A stretch of DNA of 64,000 bases from Bacilli bacterium (GTDB taxonomy: Bacteria; Bacillota_I; Bacilli_A; RF39; UBA660). The stretch spans positions 11,952-75,951 of the forward strand of contig JAFZWF010000010.1 of assembly GCA_017617435.1 (NCBI GenBank), read 5' to 3'. Positions 1-9,813 of this stretch are shown here, piece by piece. The notes below the pieces were generated by a model, which saw nothing but the letters and a program-made list of their open reading frames with translations, did no database searches and had not been told where the DNA came from. Position 1 is the stretch's first letter, and every line of letters starts with the position of its first letter. The position numbers and the translations under genes are program-made.

Positions 1-228
1 ATAACCTTCTTTTGTTGTAGTTGGAAGTGTTGTTGAAGTTCCTTTTTTAATTTTTATATCATCAACTTCTTCACCTCCATCTTCATCAAATTTGATTGTT
101 ATGGTTTCTGCAGTGTTGTTTGTTGGTTTTGGTTTATTATCTTTATTCTTAAATACTAGAAAATAAAGTAATAAACCAATTATTATTGCTAAAATTATTG
201 AAGCAATAATAATAATTTTCTTTTTCAT
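1..228 (-). CDS. Surface protein, N-terminal fragment (signal-anchor plus Listeria-Bacteroides/Flg_new-type repeat); the rest of the gene lies beyond the window edge
   Basis: Not in the ORF track because it runs off the edge. Minus-strand ATG at 228-226 is preceded by AAAGGAG (240-234), and the frame stays open to position 1 (76 codons). My translation: MKKKIIIIASIILAIIIGLLLYFLVFKNKDNKPKPTNNTAETITIKFDEDGGEEVDDIKIKKGTSTTLPTTTKEGY. That is a TM anchor followed by the FD..GG....v..G....P.P.k.GY pattern of Listeria-Bacteroides repeats. Confidence 0.6.
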   Translation of the reverse strand, partial: MKKKIIIIASIILAIIIGLLLYFLVFKNKDNKPKPTNNTAETITIKFDEDGGEEVDDIKIKKGTSTTLPTTTKEGY

Positions 229-309
229 TTTTTCTCCTTTCTATATGTTAGGTAAAGTTTACTACCTATATATAGATGATAACAAAATTAGAGGTATTTA
301 TCAATTTAT

Positions 310-344
310 AAAAAAAGAAAATATATTTTTTCAAATATATTTTC
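310..344 (-). terminator. Rho-independent terminator downstream of the LCP gene
   Basis: GAAAATATATT / AATATATTTTC hairpin (317-344) followed on the minus strand by a T7 run (A-run 310-316 on the plus strand). Confidence 0.55.
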
Positions 345-349
345 TTATT

Positions 350-2155
350 TTATCTATTAACATATATTGTTAATTCTTTTATATTAGATACTCTTGTTCT
401 TGCTTGAACACTTTGCTGTGATACATAACCAGATGAATATGAACTATTATATTTAGGGCTTGTTGAATCAACATATTCATAATTGACTGTTATTTCTTTT
501 TCACCTAACCAGTTTATTACTTCACTGACTGGTTCACCTCTAAAGTCAGGTAAGGTTTCTATTGTGTTACCACTTGTTAAACCTTTACCAATAATTTTTT
601 GTTCGTATTCTTGGTTATAGTCATAACTAAATGATTTATTCATTGTTATTTTCTTTAAACCTAAGTTCATTTTCATAGCATCTTTAATAGCTTCTAAAGA
701 TGATTCGTAATAACCAATTGCAGACATATATCCATAACTTGTGTATATTGGTAAATCATAGTATTCAAGGTATGTTTTTTCAATAGTTATTAAGTCTTCA
801 CCATTAAGTGAATTTAAAAGCATTTGTTTAATTGTGTCATAAAATGATAGTATTTGATCTGTTTCAATGTTTGTTGCAATGTTATCACTTATTGAATCTA
901 AAATATCTTTAAATTCACTAAATGATACTTTCTTTAACATTTTTTTAGCGATTGCTTCAATAACAAGTTGTTGGTGTTTAGTTCGATCTATATCACCTCT
1001 AAGAAGTGAATGTCGATGTCTTGCAAAAGCAAGAGCTTGTTCACCATTTAAATGCTGATAACCTTTTTCAAGACATATTAGGTATTCACCGAATCTTCGT
1101 TCACTATCTTGTTCACAGAATGATATTGGAACGTCTATATCAATTCCTCCTAAGGAATCAATTAAGTTAACAACACCTTTAAAGTTTATTTTTACGTAAT
1201 AATCAATTTTAATATCTGTTAGATTTTCAATTGTATCAATAACACATTTTGTTCCATAAGCTGCTGATGAATTAATTTTATTTTCAGCGTTTTTACGACA
1301 CGCTATTGGAACATATGTGTCTCTTGGAATACTAAATATTGTTGCATTTAATGTTTTTGGATTGAATGTTATCAACATTAAAGTATCACCATTAAATGCG
1401 GCGTTAGCATTAAGTCCATTTGTTTCTGAATCAACGCCCATGATAAGTATAGTAAATGGCTCTGTTAGACTTTTCTCTGATTTTAACTCAAGATCTTGAT
1501 TTTTCATTTCTTTTGTTAGTTTATCAACAACTTTTGTATCAGCTGCTAGATTTGCGTACTCATCTTCGTTTTGGAATATTGTTATATAATTTGATGATAC
1601 AAATATCGCATCAACCTTTTGATCAAATAAAGCTTTCATCATTGAAAAATAATCATTATAAGTTACAATAGCATTTTTCATCTTTTTCTTCTTTATTAAT
1701 TCATGCGGAAGGATATAACCTTCAATATCATCCTTATTTGATATAATTCCAATTGTTGAATTTTTATCAAATTCTGTAGATGATAATGTAATTAAATTAG
1801 TTGTATAATTTATTTTATTTCTTTCACCAAATTTATCTAGGCTTGAATATATTTCATTAATATAATATGTTCCAACTGTAAACACTAGTGAGAATAAAAC
1901 AGTGAATAGCATAAGAACAAAAAATTTGTGGTGTTTTTTAGTTATCAGGTTAACTAAATTTGATAGCAAATAATATATAAAGTATAAACCAAAGAATAGA
2001 AGAACTATTATACGTATAAAAGTTTCTATTTTCTTTAGTTTTAATATACAAATTGTAAAAAGAATATATGAAACCAAGTAATAAAGTACTGATGTAAGGT
2101 ACATCCAAAGCTCTATTTTATTGGTTCTTTTTAGTTTTTTAATAAGTACCTTCAT
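350..2155 (-). CDS. LytR-CpsA-Psr (LCP) family cell-wall glycopolymer ligase with multi-pass N-terminal membrane region and PASTA-like C-terminal module
   Basis: The track ORF 350..2158 starts at GTG. The ATG one codon in (2155) sits 8 nt after AAAGGA. About four N-terminal hydrophobic helices. LCP core motifs FSIPRDTYVPI, INSSAAYG and LNGEQALAFARHRHSLLRGDIDRTKHQQ. C-terminal LPDFRGEPVSEVINWLGEKEITVNYEYV...ELTIYV resembles a PASTA unit. Confidence 0.85.
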   Translation of the reverse strand: MKVLIKKLKRTNKIELWMYLTSVLYYLVSYILFTICILKLKKIETFIRIIVLLFFGLYFIYYLLSNLVNLITKKHHKFFVLMLFTVLFSLVFTVGTYYINEIYSSLDKFGERNKINYTTNLITLSSTEFDKNSTIGIISNKDDIEGYILPHELIKKKKMKNAIVTYNDYFSMMKALFDQKVDAIFVSSNYITIFQNEDEYANLAADTKVVDKLTKEMKNQDLELKSEKSLTEPFTILIMGVDSETNGLNANAAFNGDTLMLITFNPKTLNATIFSIPRDTYVPIACRKNAENKINSSAAYGTKCVIDTIENLTDIKIDYYVKINFKGVVNLIDSLGGIDIDVPISFCEQDSERRFGEYLICLEKGYQHLNGEQALAFARHRHSLLRGDIDRTKHQQLVIEAIAKKMLKKVSFSEFKDILDSISDNIATNIETDQILSFYDTIKQMLLNSLNGEDLITIEKTYLEYYDLPIYTSYGYMSAIGYYESSLEAIKDAMKMNLGLKKITMNKSFSYDYNQEYEQKIIGKGLTSGNTIETLPDFRGEPVSEVINWLGEKEITVNYEYVDSTSPKYNSSYSSGYVSQQSVQARTRVSNIKELTIYVNR

Positions 2156-2320
2156 CACTTTAATCCTTTCTGGTCTACTATGTAAAATTATAATATATTA
2201 TCTTTATTATTACAATTAATTATTGAGTTTGACATTTACTTTATACACCTTTTTACTTCATTTAATGAATTAGACTAGAAACTAAGTTATAATTATGTCA
2301 AATAGGTAAGGAGGCGTATT

Positions 2321-3907
2321 ATGAAAATTAAGTTAAATTATCTTCTTTTAACTTTTTTTGTAATGTCTGTTTTTATCTTACCTTTTTGTTATGTAAATGC
2401 AGGTATTACCGGAACTATTTCGGGTAACGAAGTTAATTTAAGAGAAAAACCAACGACATCTAATTCGAAGTCACTTGCTAAACTTGATAAAGGTACACAA
2501 GTAGAAGTATTAAATGAAACTCCAGTTAAAGGTTCTGGATGTGATAATGGTTGGATAAATATTAAATATAATAATATAACAGGTTATGTTTGTTTTAACT
2601 ATATATATATACCTGGTAAGGATGTTTATGGTAGACCATGGACGACTCCAAAGAAAGCTATAGTTGGTGGAGCTAAATTTATTGGTTCACAATATATTCA
2701 TAAAAGTCAGTATACTTCTTATTTAAAGAAGTTTAATGTTGCATCTAACAATTTATATTCACATCAATATATGGGTAATTTAAGAGCTCCATGGAGTGAA
2801 GCTAAAACGAGTTACAATGCTTATAGTAAAGCTGGCATTTTAAGTTATCCACTTGTTTTTTCAATTCCAATATATAATAATATGAATGATTTATATGCAC
2901 TTCCAGGAAGTGATACACCACTAACAGGTATAGATGAAGTTGAAGATCAAGAATTTGAAAGTAAATTAGATGAACAAGGTTTCCCTGAAAGTTATAAAAG
3001 AAGACTAAGATACATACATAAACAACATCCAAACTGGGTTTTCGAATCCATAAAAACAAATCTAGAATTTAATGATGTTGTTAATAATGAACTTTATGTA
3101 AGTGTCATAGATGGATCAAATACATCATATAGAAATAGTAGTAACTATTCATCAGAAAGAGGTTGGTACACACCAAATTATGAAACAACGGCTTATTTTT
3201 TAGATCCAAGAAACTTTATTTTTGATGAGCAAAGAATACTTCAGTTTGAAAAATTATATTTTAGTGATATATATACTGAAAGTACTGTACAAGCGGTTTT
3301 AAATAATACGTTTATGAGTGGAATATCTATTTTAGATAATCAAACTTTTGCATCTATATTTATGGAAGCAGGAAGAACAAATAACGTTAACCCAGTATAT
3401 CTTGCATCTTTAGCTAAACAAGAAGTAGGTACAAATGGATCTAAAGCAACAAGTGGTGCGGAATTTACTTATAAAGGAAAAACATATAAAGGTTTATATA
3501 ATTTCTTTAATATAGGTGCATATGCATCTGAAGAATCTCCAGTACTTGCTGGTTTAGTATGGGGATCAGTTGGATATGACTATTCAACTGTAGTAGAAAC
3601 AATCATTCAAACAACAGGACAAGATCAAGTGGATGATACTGAAGAAAACCAAGGTGCACCAGTACAACAATCTACACCACAAGTTATAAGTTCAGAGCAT
3701 GAAAAAGTTATCAAAAAGGGTGATTTGAACGGTGATGGTGTAATAAATTCAGCTGATTTACTTAAGGTAAGACAACATTTACTTGGAACTATCAGTTTAA
3801 GTGGAGATAATTATACTGCAGCTGATATAGATGGTAATGGCGTAATAAATTCAGCTGATTTACTTAGAATAAGACAACATTTACTTGGAACTAATACGAT
3901 AAATTAG
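2321..3907 (+). CDS. Secreted SH3b + glucosaminidase-type peptidoglycan hydrolase with C-terminal type I dockerin
   Basis: 528-aa ORF with AAGGAGG RBS. Signal peptide [29 protein letters not shown]3b-like [29 protein letters not shown]...[14 protein letters not shown]. Glucosaminidase-like core [14 protein letters not shown]...YNFFNIGAY. Two dockerin segments [22 protein letters not shown] and [22 protein letters not shown]. Confidence 0.8.
   Translation: MKIKLNYLLLTFFVMSVFILPFCYVNAGITGTISGNEVNLREKPTTSNSKSLAKLDKGTQVEVLNETPVKGSGCDNGWINIKYNNITGYVCFNYIYIPGKDVYGRPWTTPKKAIVGGAKFIGSQYIHKSQYTSYLKKFNVASNNLYSHQYMGNLRAPWSEAKTSYNAYSKAGILSYPLVFSIPIYNNMNDLYALPGSDTPLTGIDEVEDQEFESKLDEQGFPESYKRRLRYIHKQHPNWVFESIKTNLEFNDVVNNELYVSVIDGSNTSYRNSSNYSSERGWYTPNYETTAYFLDPRNFIFDEQRILQFEKLYFSDIYTESTVQAVLNNTFMSGISILDNQTFASIFMEAGRTNNVNPVYLASLAKQEVGTNGSKATSGAEFTYKGKTYKGLYNFFNIGAYASEESPVLAGLVWGSVGYDYSTVVETIIQTTGQDQVDDTEENQGAPVQQSTPQVISSEHEKVIKKGDLNGDGVINSADLLKVRQHLLGTISLSGDNYTAADIDGNGVINSADLLRIRQHLLGTNTIN
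3737..3892 (+). repeat. Two near-identical 54-nt coding segments (3737-3790 and 3839-3892) encoding the duplicated Ca-binding segments of the dockerin
   Basis: ggtgtaataaattcagctgatttacttaaggtaagacaacatttacttggaact versus ggcgtaataaattcagctgatttacttagaataagacaacatttacttggaact. The units are 102 nt apart (34 codons) and in frame. Confidence 0.9.
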
Positions 3908-3927
3908 AATAGAAAGGGTATATTATA

Positions 3928-5277
3928 ATGAAAAAAATAAGATATATAATTTTATCTTCATTACTTTTTTTTGTATTTATTAGTTATGCATATGCTGCAC
4001 CAACATCATCTATATCTGTAAATAAAAGTCAGGTAGAAGCTGGGCAAAGTGTAACGGCGACTGTAACTATAAAGAATGCTGCTGCGTGGAATATTAAGAT
4101 AAATGGTACGGGAAATACTAATGGATGTTCTACATCTGCAGCAGATGCAACAAGCAATGGTAAAAATACAACTAAATCATTTACTTTAACTTGTAAAGCA
4201 AACTCTACTGGCGTAATTCGAATTGCTTATTCTGGTGATGCAACAAGTGAAGATGGAGCAAATGTTTCTGTTAGTGGTTCAAAAGCGATAACAGTTGTTG
4301 CTCCAAGAGTTAAATCAAATAATAATAATTTAAGAAGTTTGAGTGTTGATGGAGGAGAGATAAGTCCTGAGTTTAATCAAGATACACTTGAATATACAGT
4401 TAGTTTTGAACCAGGCACAGAAAAGGTAACTATTAACGCTGAAAAAGCTGATGGTTATGCATCTTTAAATGGAACTGGTGAAAAAGATGTTGTTGAAGGT
4501 GACAATAGATTTGAAATTGTTGTTACTAGCGAAACTGGAAACAGCAAAACATATGTAATTAATGTTGTTGTTAAAGAGTATGCTCCTATAAATGTAACTG
4601 TTGATGGACTTACATATTCTGTTGTAAGAAAAAAAGATAATCTTGTTAAACCTGATAATTTCGAAGAATCATCTGTTCAAATAGGTGATGATACAGTAGC
4701 TGCATTTTATAATGAAAAGCTTGGTAAAACACTGGTTGGTTTAAAAGATGAAAATGGATTAATACATCTTTTTGAATATAATGATGGTGAATATTCAAAA
4801 TTTTACGAACTTAAATCAAACCAATTAATTATAAATATTATCAAAATGGATAGTAAATTAATTCCTAAGAATTACTCTAAGTACGAGTTTAAATTTAATG
4901 ATGAGATTTTAGATGGTTATAAAATAGATTCCAAATCTAAATTTGTAGTTGTATATGGAATTGATGAAGTAACAGGTGAAAAGAATCTTTATCAAATAGA
5001 TACCCAAAATAATACAATACAGTTATTTAATAACGATTATGAAAAAATATTAACTAAGTATAATAATCTAGGATACATTGTATGTGGAGCGTTAGCTTTT
5101 ATTATATTAATTGAGTTTGTTATTATTTTACTTTCTAAAAATAAGAGAAAGAAATTTGTAAAGAAAGTTAAAAATGAAAAGATAGAAAAAGTTAAAGAAG
5201 AAGCTATAAAAGATGCTAAGAAAGATACAATTGAATCTAAGAAAAATGAAAAAAGTGAAAAGAAATTAGATAAATAA
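3928..5277 (+). CDS. Membrane-anchored surface protein with N-terminal beta-rich module and cadherin-like beta-sandwich domain
   Basis: 449-aa ORF starting 21 nt after the dockerin gene. Signal peptide ending SYAYA. Cadherin-like beta-sandwich signature NNLRSLSVDGGEISPEFNQDTLEYTVSF...NSKTYVINVV. C-terminal TM helix LGYIVCGALAFIILIEFVIILL and a Lys-rich tail. Confidence 0.8.
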   Translation: MKKIRYIILSSLLFFVFISYAYAAPTSSISVNKSQVEAGQSVTATVTIKNAAAWNIKINGTGNTNGCSTSAADATSNGKNTTKSFTLTCKANSTGVIRIAYSGDATSEDGANVSVSGSKAITVVAPRVKSNNNNLRSLSVDGGEISPEFNQDTLEYTVSFEPGTEKVTINAEKADGYASLNGTGEKDVVEGDNRFEIVVTSETGNSKTYVINVVVKEYAPINVTVDGLTYSVVRKKDNLVKPDNFEESSVQIGDDTVAAFYNEKLGKTLVGLKDENGLIHLFEYNDGEYSKFYELKSNQLIINIIKMDSKLIPKNYSKYEFKFNDEILDGYKIDSKSKFVVVYGIDEVTGEKNLYQIDTQNNTIQLFNNDYEKILTKYNNLGYIVCGALAFIILIEFVIILLSKNKRKKFVKKVKNEKIEKVKEEAIKDAKKDTIESKKNEKSEKKLDK

Positions 5278-5334
5278 TTTAATTTCTTTTTTTTTGTAAT
5301 TAGGTTATAATATTTGTAACAGGAGATTGATTCT

Positions 5335-6387
5335 ATGCTAGAAGTAAATGATGTAAATATTCTTTATATATTATTAGTTACTTTTGTTACATCTTTATTG
5401 CTTGTACCAATAACAAAGAAGGTTGCAAGACATATTGAAGCACTTGATTATCCAAACGAAAGAAAGATACATTTTAAGCCAATGCCAAGACTTGGTGGTG
5501 TTGCTATATATGGTGCTTTTGTTTTAGGATATATGCTATATGGTAGTAATTCATCACAAATGTTATCTATATTAATAGGTAGTTTCTTAGTTCTTTTTAT
5601 GGGTGTTGTTGATGATATAAGTCCCATTAGAGCTAAATACAAATTAATTGTTCAAATAATAGCTTCTTTAATTGTGGTTTTTTATGGAAAAATATACTTA
5701 ACAGAAGTATCTGTTTTAGGTTTAAATTTTGTTATGCCATCACCACTTAATTATATTTTATCTTGTCTAATAATTGTTTCACTTATGAATGCAATTAATT
5801 TTATGGATGGGCTTGATGGAATGGCATCAGGTATTAGTGCAATATACTTTTTAACAATTGCAATTGTTGCTTATGTTTTAAATCGTTTTGGTGGCCTTGA
5901 TATCATGCTCGCAATTATAATGCTTGGCTCTACACTTGGATTTTTGGTATATAATTTTCCACCAGCATCAACATTTATGGGTGATTGTGGTAGCAACTTT
6001 TTAGGATTTATGATATCTGTAATATCCTTACTTGGATTTAAAGTAACAACGTTTACTTCACTAATTATACCTTTTGTTATTTTAGCTCTTCCGATATTTG
6101 ATATAGCTTTATCAATATTTAGAAGACTCTTAAAAGGTCAAGGTATTGCAGAACCAGATAGAGAACATTTTCACCATCAACTTTTAAAGATGAAATTTTC
6201 TCCTAAAACATCCGTAATAATTATTTATTTAATAAATATATGTTTTGCTGCAGTATCAATATTTTATGCACTTGGTGATGATCGTTTTGCTCTTGTAATA
6301 TTAATTTTATTAATTTTATTACTTCTATTTATTGTTTTAAAAACAGATATTTTATTTGAACATAGTAAAAATAAAAATAAGAAATAA
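5335..6387 (+). CDS. tagO: Undecaprenyl-phosphate N-acetylhexosamine-1-phosphate transferase (MraY/WecA/TagO glycosyltransferase family 4)
   Basis: 350-aa polytopic membrane ORF with family motifs VVDDISPIRAKYKL, NAINFMDGLDGMASG and FMGDCGSNFLGF. Confidence 0.85.
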   Translation: MLEVNDVNILYILLVTFVTSLLLVPITKKVARHIEALDYPNERKIHFKPMPRLGGVAIYGAFVLGYMLYGSNSSQMLSILIGSFLVLFMGVVDDISPIRAKYKLIVQIIASLIVVFYGKIYLTEVSVLGLNFVMPSPLNYILSCLIIVSLMNAINFMDGLDGMASGISAIYFLTIAIVAYVLNRFGGLDIMLAIIMLGSTLGFLVYNFPPASTFMGDCGSNFLGFMISVISLLGFKVTTFTSLIIPFVILALPIFDIALSIFRRLLKGQGIAEPDREHFHHQLLKMKFSPKTSVIIIYLINICFAAVSIFYALGDDRFALVILILLILLLLFIVLKTDILFEHSKNKNKK

Positions 6388-6408
6388 TAGTTATAATTTA
6401 TATAAAAT

Positions 6409-6437
6409 AAACATCTATAATTTATAGATGTTTTTTG
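6409..6437 (+). terminator. Rho-independent terminator after tagO
   Basis: ACATCTAT / ATAGATGT hairpin followed by TTTTTT. Its 3' side overlaps the next promoter element. Confidence 0.6.
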
Positions 6438-6444
6438 TTATAAT
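6436..6444 (+). promoter_or_regulatory. Extended -10 element TGTTATAAT for the PFOR gene
   Basis: TGnTATAAT, with 18 nt between its 3' end and the ATG at 6463. AGGTGA RBS at 6452-6457. Confidence 0.45.
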
Positions 6445-6462
6445 TAATAATAGGTGATCTTG

Positions 6463-9400
6463 ATGATAAAGTTAACAGACGGTAATAAAGCATGTGCACA
6501 TGTTGCTCAACTTTTTAGTGAAGTATGTGCTATTTATCCGATAACCCCTTCTTCTCCAATTGCTGCTGAAGTTTCAAAGTTATCTGATCAAGGAAAAGAA
6601 AATCTTTTAGGAGGTCAAACAAAGGTTGTTGAGATGCAATCCGAAGCAGGTGCTGCTGGTGCTCTTCATGGTGCACTTATAAGTGGTTCCCTTGCATCAA
6701 CATTTACTTCATCTCAAGGTCTTCTTTTAATGATTCCAAACATGTATAAAATTGCAGGTGAAATGCTTCCAGGTGTAATACATGTTGCTGCTAGAAGTTT
6801 ATCAACTCATGCACTATCTATATTTGGTGATCATCAGGATATATACGCAACTAGATCTACTGGTTTTTGTATACTAGCTTCTAGTAATGTAGAAGAAGCA
6901 GGTAATATGGCTGCAATTGCGCATTTAAGTGCAGTTGAAGGTGGTTTACCTTTTTTACATTTTTATGATGGATTTAGAACTAGTCATGAGATAAATACAG
7001 TTAATGTTTTAAGTGATGGAGATTTAAAAGGTTTATTCGATTTAAATCTTGTAAATAAATATAAAAATAAGATAATAAATGTTGGAAATAATATTCAAAG
7101 TGGTTTAGCACAAAATGAAGATATTTATTTTCAAGTAACTGAAGCAAGAAATAATGCTTATAATGAAATGGTTGATATTGTTGTAAACAATATGAATAAA
7201 GTAAATGATATATTAGGTACAAATTATAAACCATTTGAGTTTTACGGAAGTCCTAAAGCTAGTGATGTTATCGTAGTTATGGGTAGCGCTAGTGATACAA
7301 CTAAGTTAGTTGTTGATTTCATGAATAAAAATGGTTATGACGTTGGTATGGTTTCAGTTCATCTTTATAGACCATTTAGTAAAGAACACTTAAAAAGTGT
7401 TTTACCAGATACTGTTAAAAGGATAGCTGTACTAGATAGAACTAAGGAAGCGGGAAGTTATGGTGAACCACTTTATCTTGATGTTCTTGCTTCATTAAGA
7501 GATACAAACATAGAAATAGTTGGTGGAAGATATGGCCTTTCAAGTAAGGAAGTAGATCCTGCTGATATAAAAAGTGTCTTTACTATGATGATGGGTCATA
7601 TGAGACATAATTTTACTATTGGTATTAATGATGATGTTACTAAGTTATCTTTACCTAGGGAAACATTTAATATAGATTTATGTCTTGATGAGGTAAGAAT
7701 TTTTGGGTATGGATCTGATGGTATGGTTAGTGCATCAAAAGAAATGCTTAAAATTCTTTCAGAAAATAAAGGAATGAATGCTCAAGGATATTTTGAATAT
7801 GACTCAAGAAAAAGTGGCGGTGTTACCGTATCACATTTAAGAGTAGGTAGAAAAGTTATAAGAGCACCTTATTATGTTAAGAATCCTAATTATGTTGTTG
7901 TTACAAAACTTGAATATTTAAATAAATATGATTGTTTAGAAGGTATAAAAGAGCGTGGAGTTTTACTTGTAAACACTTCTTTAAAAGAAGCAGAGTTTGA
8001 TAGCTATATAAAAGGTGAAGTTAAAACCACATTATTTACCAAAAATATAATGGTTTATTTGGTTGATGCCAATAAACTTGCCGATGAAAATAATCTTCAT
8101 GGAAAAATTAATAAAATAATGGAAGTTATTATTTTAAGAATTTTAGGCGTTAATGATTCAACAAAAATTGTTGGAGATTATGTTAAAGATGCATTTAGAA
8201 CTAAAGGTGAAGATGTTATAAATAATAATTTAAAGGCTTTAGAAGATGCACTTTATAATATAAATGTTTATAATGCATATGCTATAGGTGATGAACTTCC
8301 TAATGAAGATTTAAATGTTTTTGAAATGATAAATAGAAGAATGGGTGACTTACTAAAGGTTAGTGATTTAATTCCATATAAAAATGGTATGATGCCAAAT
8401 AACTTAGCAGTTAGTGATAAAAAAATTACAAGTGAATTTGTACCAATTTGGAATAAAGAAACATGTATTGGTTGTGGAAACTGTAGTTTAGTTTGTCCTC
8501 ATGGAGCTATTAGAGTTATTTTAAATGAAGAAGATGGTATAGAATATCGTAAAGATAATAAATATAAACTTAAAATAGCAATTAACAAAGATATTTGTAC
8601 TGGATGCATGGAATGCATTAAAACATGTCCTGTTAGTAAGGATCCTAAACCTCTTAAATTAGTTTCTTATGATGAAGCTCCTATGATTGATAAAGAAGAA
8701 TTTTTAAATCATGTTAATATTGATTCAACAACAGATGATATTTTAGGTTCACAACTTAAAAAGTCATGTATTATGAATCCTGGAGCTTGTGCTGGTTGTG
8801 GTGAAACACCTTATATTAAGTTATTAACACAGTTATTTGGTGAAAAATTAGTTATAGCTAATGCAACTGGATGCTCTAGCATATATGGTGGTAGTGCACC
8901 AAGAACACCATATAGCATACCTTGGGCAAGTAGTTTATTTGAAGATAACGCAGAGTTTGGTTTTGGAATGCTTCTTTCATATAATCAAAAAAGAGAACAT
9001 TTAAAAAATGCAATAGAGAAATATTATGATACATTTGATTCAAATTTAAAAAGTATATTTGATAAACTTAAGGATAATTTTGATAGTTTCGAAGAAACTA
9101 TCAAAATAAAAGATGAACTTATTGGAAAAGATTTACCGATAGAGATATATAATCTAATAGATTATGTACCATCAAGAAGTGTATGGACACTTGGTGGAGA
9201 TGGATGGGCATATGATATTGGATTTGGTGGAATAGACCATGTTCTATTATCAAATACTAAAGCTAGAATATTAGTTCTTGATACTGAGGTTTATTCAAAT
9301 ACTGGTGGTCAAATGAGTAAATCTAGTCAATTGGGTCAAGTTGCAGAGTTTGCAAACTTTGGTAAAAAGAATAATAAAAAAGATTTATTTAGAATTGCTA

Positions 9401-9813
9401 TGGCATATCCTAATTGTTATGTTGCATCAATTAGTTTAGGTGCTAATCCTATTCAAGCAATAAAAGCTTTTAAAGAGGCAGAAAATAATGATGGACCATC
9501 AATTATTATTGCTTATTCTCCATGCATAGAGCATGGTATAAAATCGGGTTGTGCAAACAAGGAAGAAAAGTTAGTTGTTGAATCTGGTTATACACTGCTT
9601 ATGAGGTATAATCCAGGTGAAGATAAATTATATTTAGATTCCAAAGAACCTAACTATGAAAAACTTGACGACATATGGAAAAATGAAACTAGATTTAATG
9701 CACTTAAAATAAAAGATGAAAAATTAGCTAAAGAATTATTAGAAGAACAAAAAGAATTTTTAGTTAAGAGATATAATTATTATAAAGAAATAAGTTCTAA
9801 GCAAAATGCTTAG
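6463..9813 (+). CDS. nifJ: Pyruvate:ferredoxin (flavodoxin) oxidoreductase, single-polypeptide type
   Basis: The track ORF starts at GTG 6454. ATG 6463 lies 5 nt after AGGTGA and is the likelier start. Hallmarks: N-terminal AIYPITPSS, two 4Fe-4S motifs CIGCGNCSLVCP and CTGCMECIKTCP, and the TPP-binding GGDGWAYDIGFGG...VLDTEVYSNTGGQ. Confidence 0.95.
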   Translation: MIKLTDGNKACAHVAQLFSEVCAIYPITPSSPIAAEVSKLSDQGKENLLGGQTKVVEMQSEAGAAGALHGALISGSLASTFTSSQGLLLMIPNMYKIAGEMLPGVIHVAARSLSTHALSIFGDHQDIYATRSTGFCILASSNVEEAGNMAAIAHLSAVEGGLPFLHFYDGFRTSHEINTVNVLSDGDLKGLFDLNLVNKYKNKIINVGNNIQSGLAQNEDIYFQVTEARNNAYNEMVDIVVNNMNKVNDILGTNYKPFEFYGSPKASDVIVVMGSASDTTKLVVDFMNKNGYDVGMVSVHLYRPFSKEHLKSVLPDTVKRIAVLDRTKEAGSYGEPLYLDVLASLRDTNIEIVGGRYGLSSKEVDPADIKSVFTMMMGHMRHNFTIGINDDVTKLSLPRETFNIDLCLDEVRIFGYGSDGMVSASKEMLKILSENKGMNAQGYFEYDSRKSGGVTVSHLRVGRKVIRAPYYVKNPNYVVVTKLEYLNKYDCLEGIKERGVLLVNTSLKEAEFDSYIKGEVKTTLFTKNIMVYLVDANKLADENNLHGKINKIMEVIILRILGVNDSTKIVGDYVKDAFRTKGEDVINNNLKALEDALYNINVYNAYAIGDELPNEDLNVFEMINRRMGDLLKVSDLIPYKNGMMPNNLAVSDKKITSEFVPIWNKETCIGCGNCSLVCPHGAIRVILNEEDGIEYRKDNKYKLKIAINKDICTGCMECIKTCPVSKDPKPLKLVSYDEAPMIDKEEFLNHVNIDSTTDDILGSQLKKSCIMNPGACAGCGETPYIKLLTQLFGEKLVIANATGCSSIYGGSAPRTPYSIPWASSLFEDNAEFGFGMLLSYNQKREHLKNAIEKYYDTFDSNLKSIFDKLKDNFDSFEETIKIKDELIGKDLPIEIYNLIDYVPSRSVWTLGGDGWAYDIGFGGIDHVLLSNTKARILVLDTEVYSNTGGQMSKSSQLGQVAEFANFGKKNNKKDLFRIAMAYPNCYVASISLGANPIQAIKAFKEAENNDGPSIIIAYSPCIEHGIKSGCANKEEKLVVESGYTLLMRYNPGEDKLYLDSKEPNYEKLDDIWKNETRFNALKIKDEKLAKELLEEQKEFLVKRYNYYKEISSKQNA

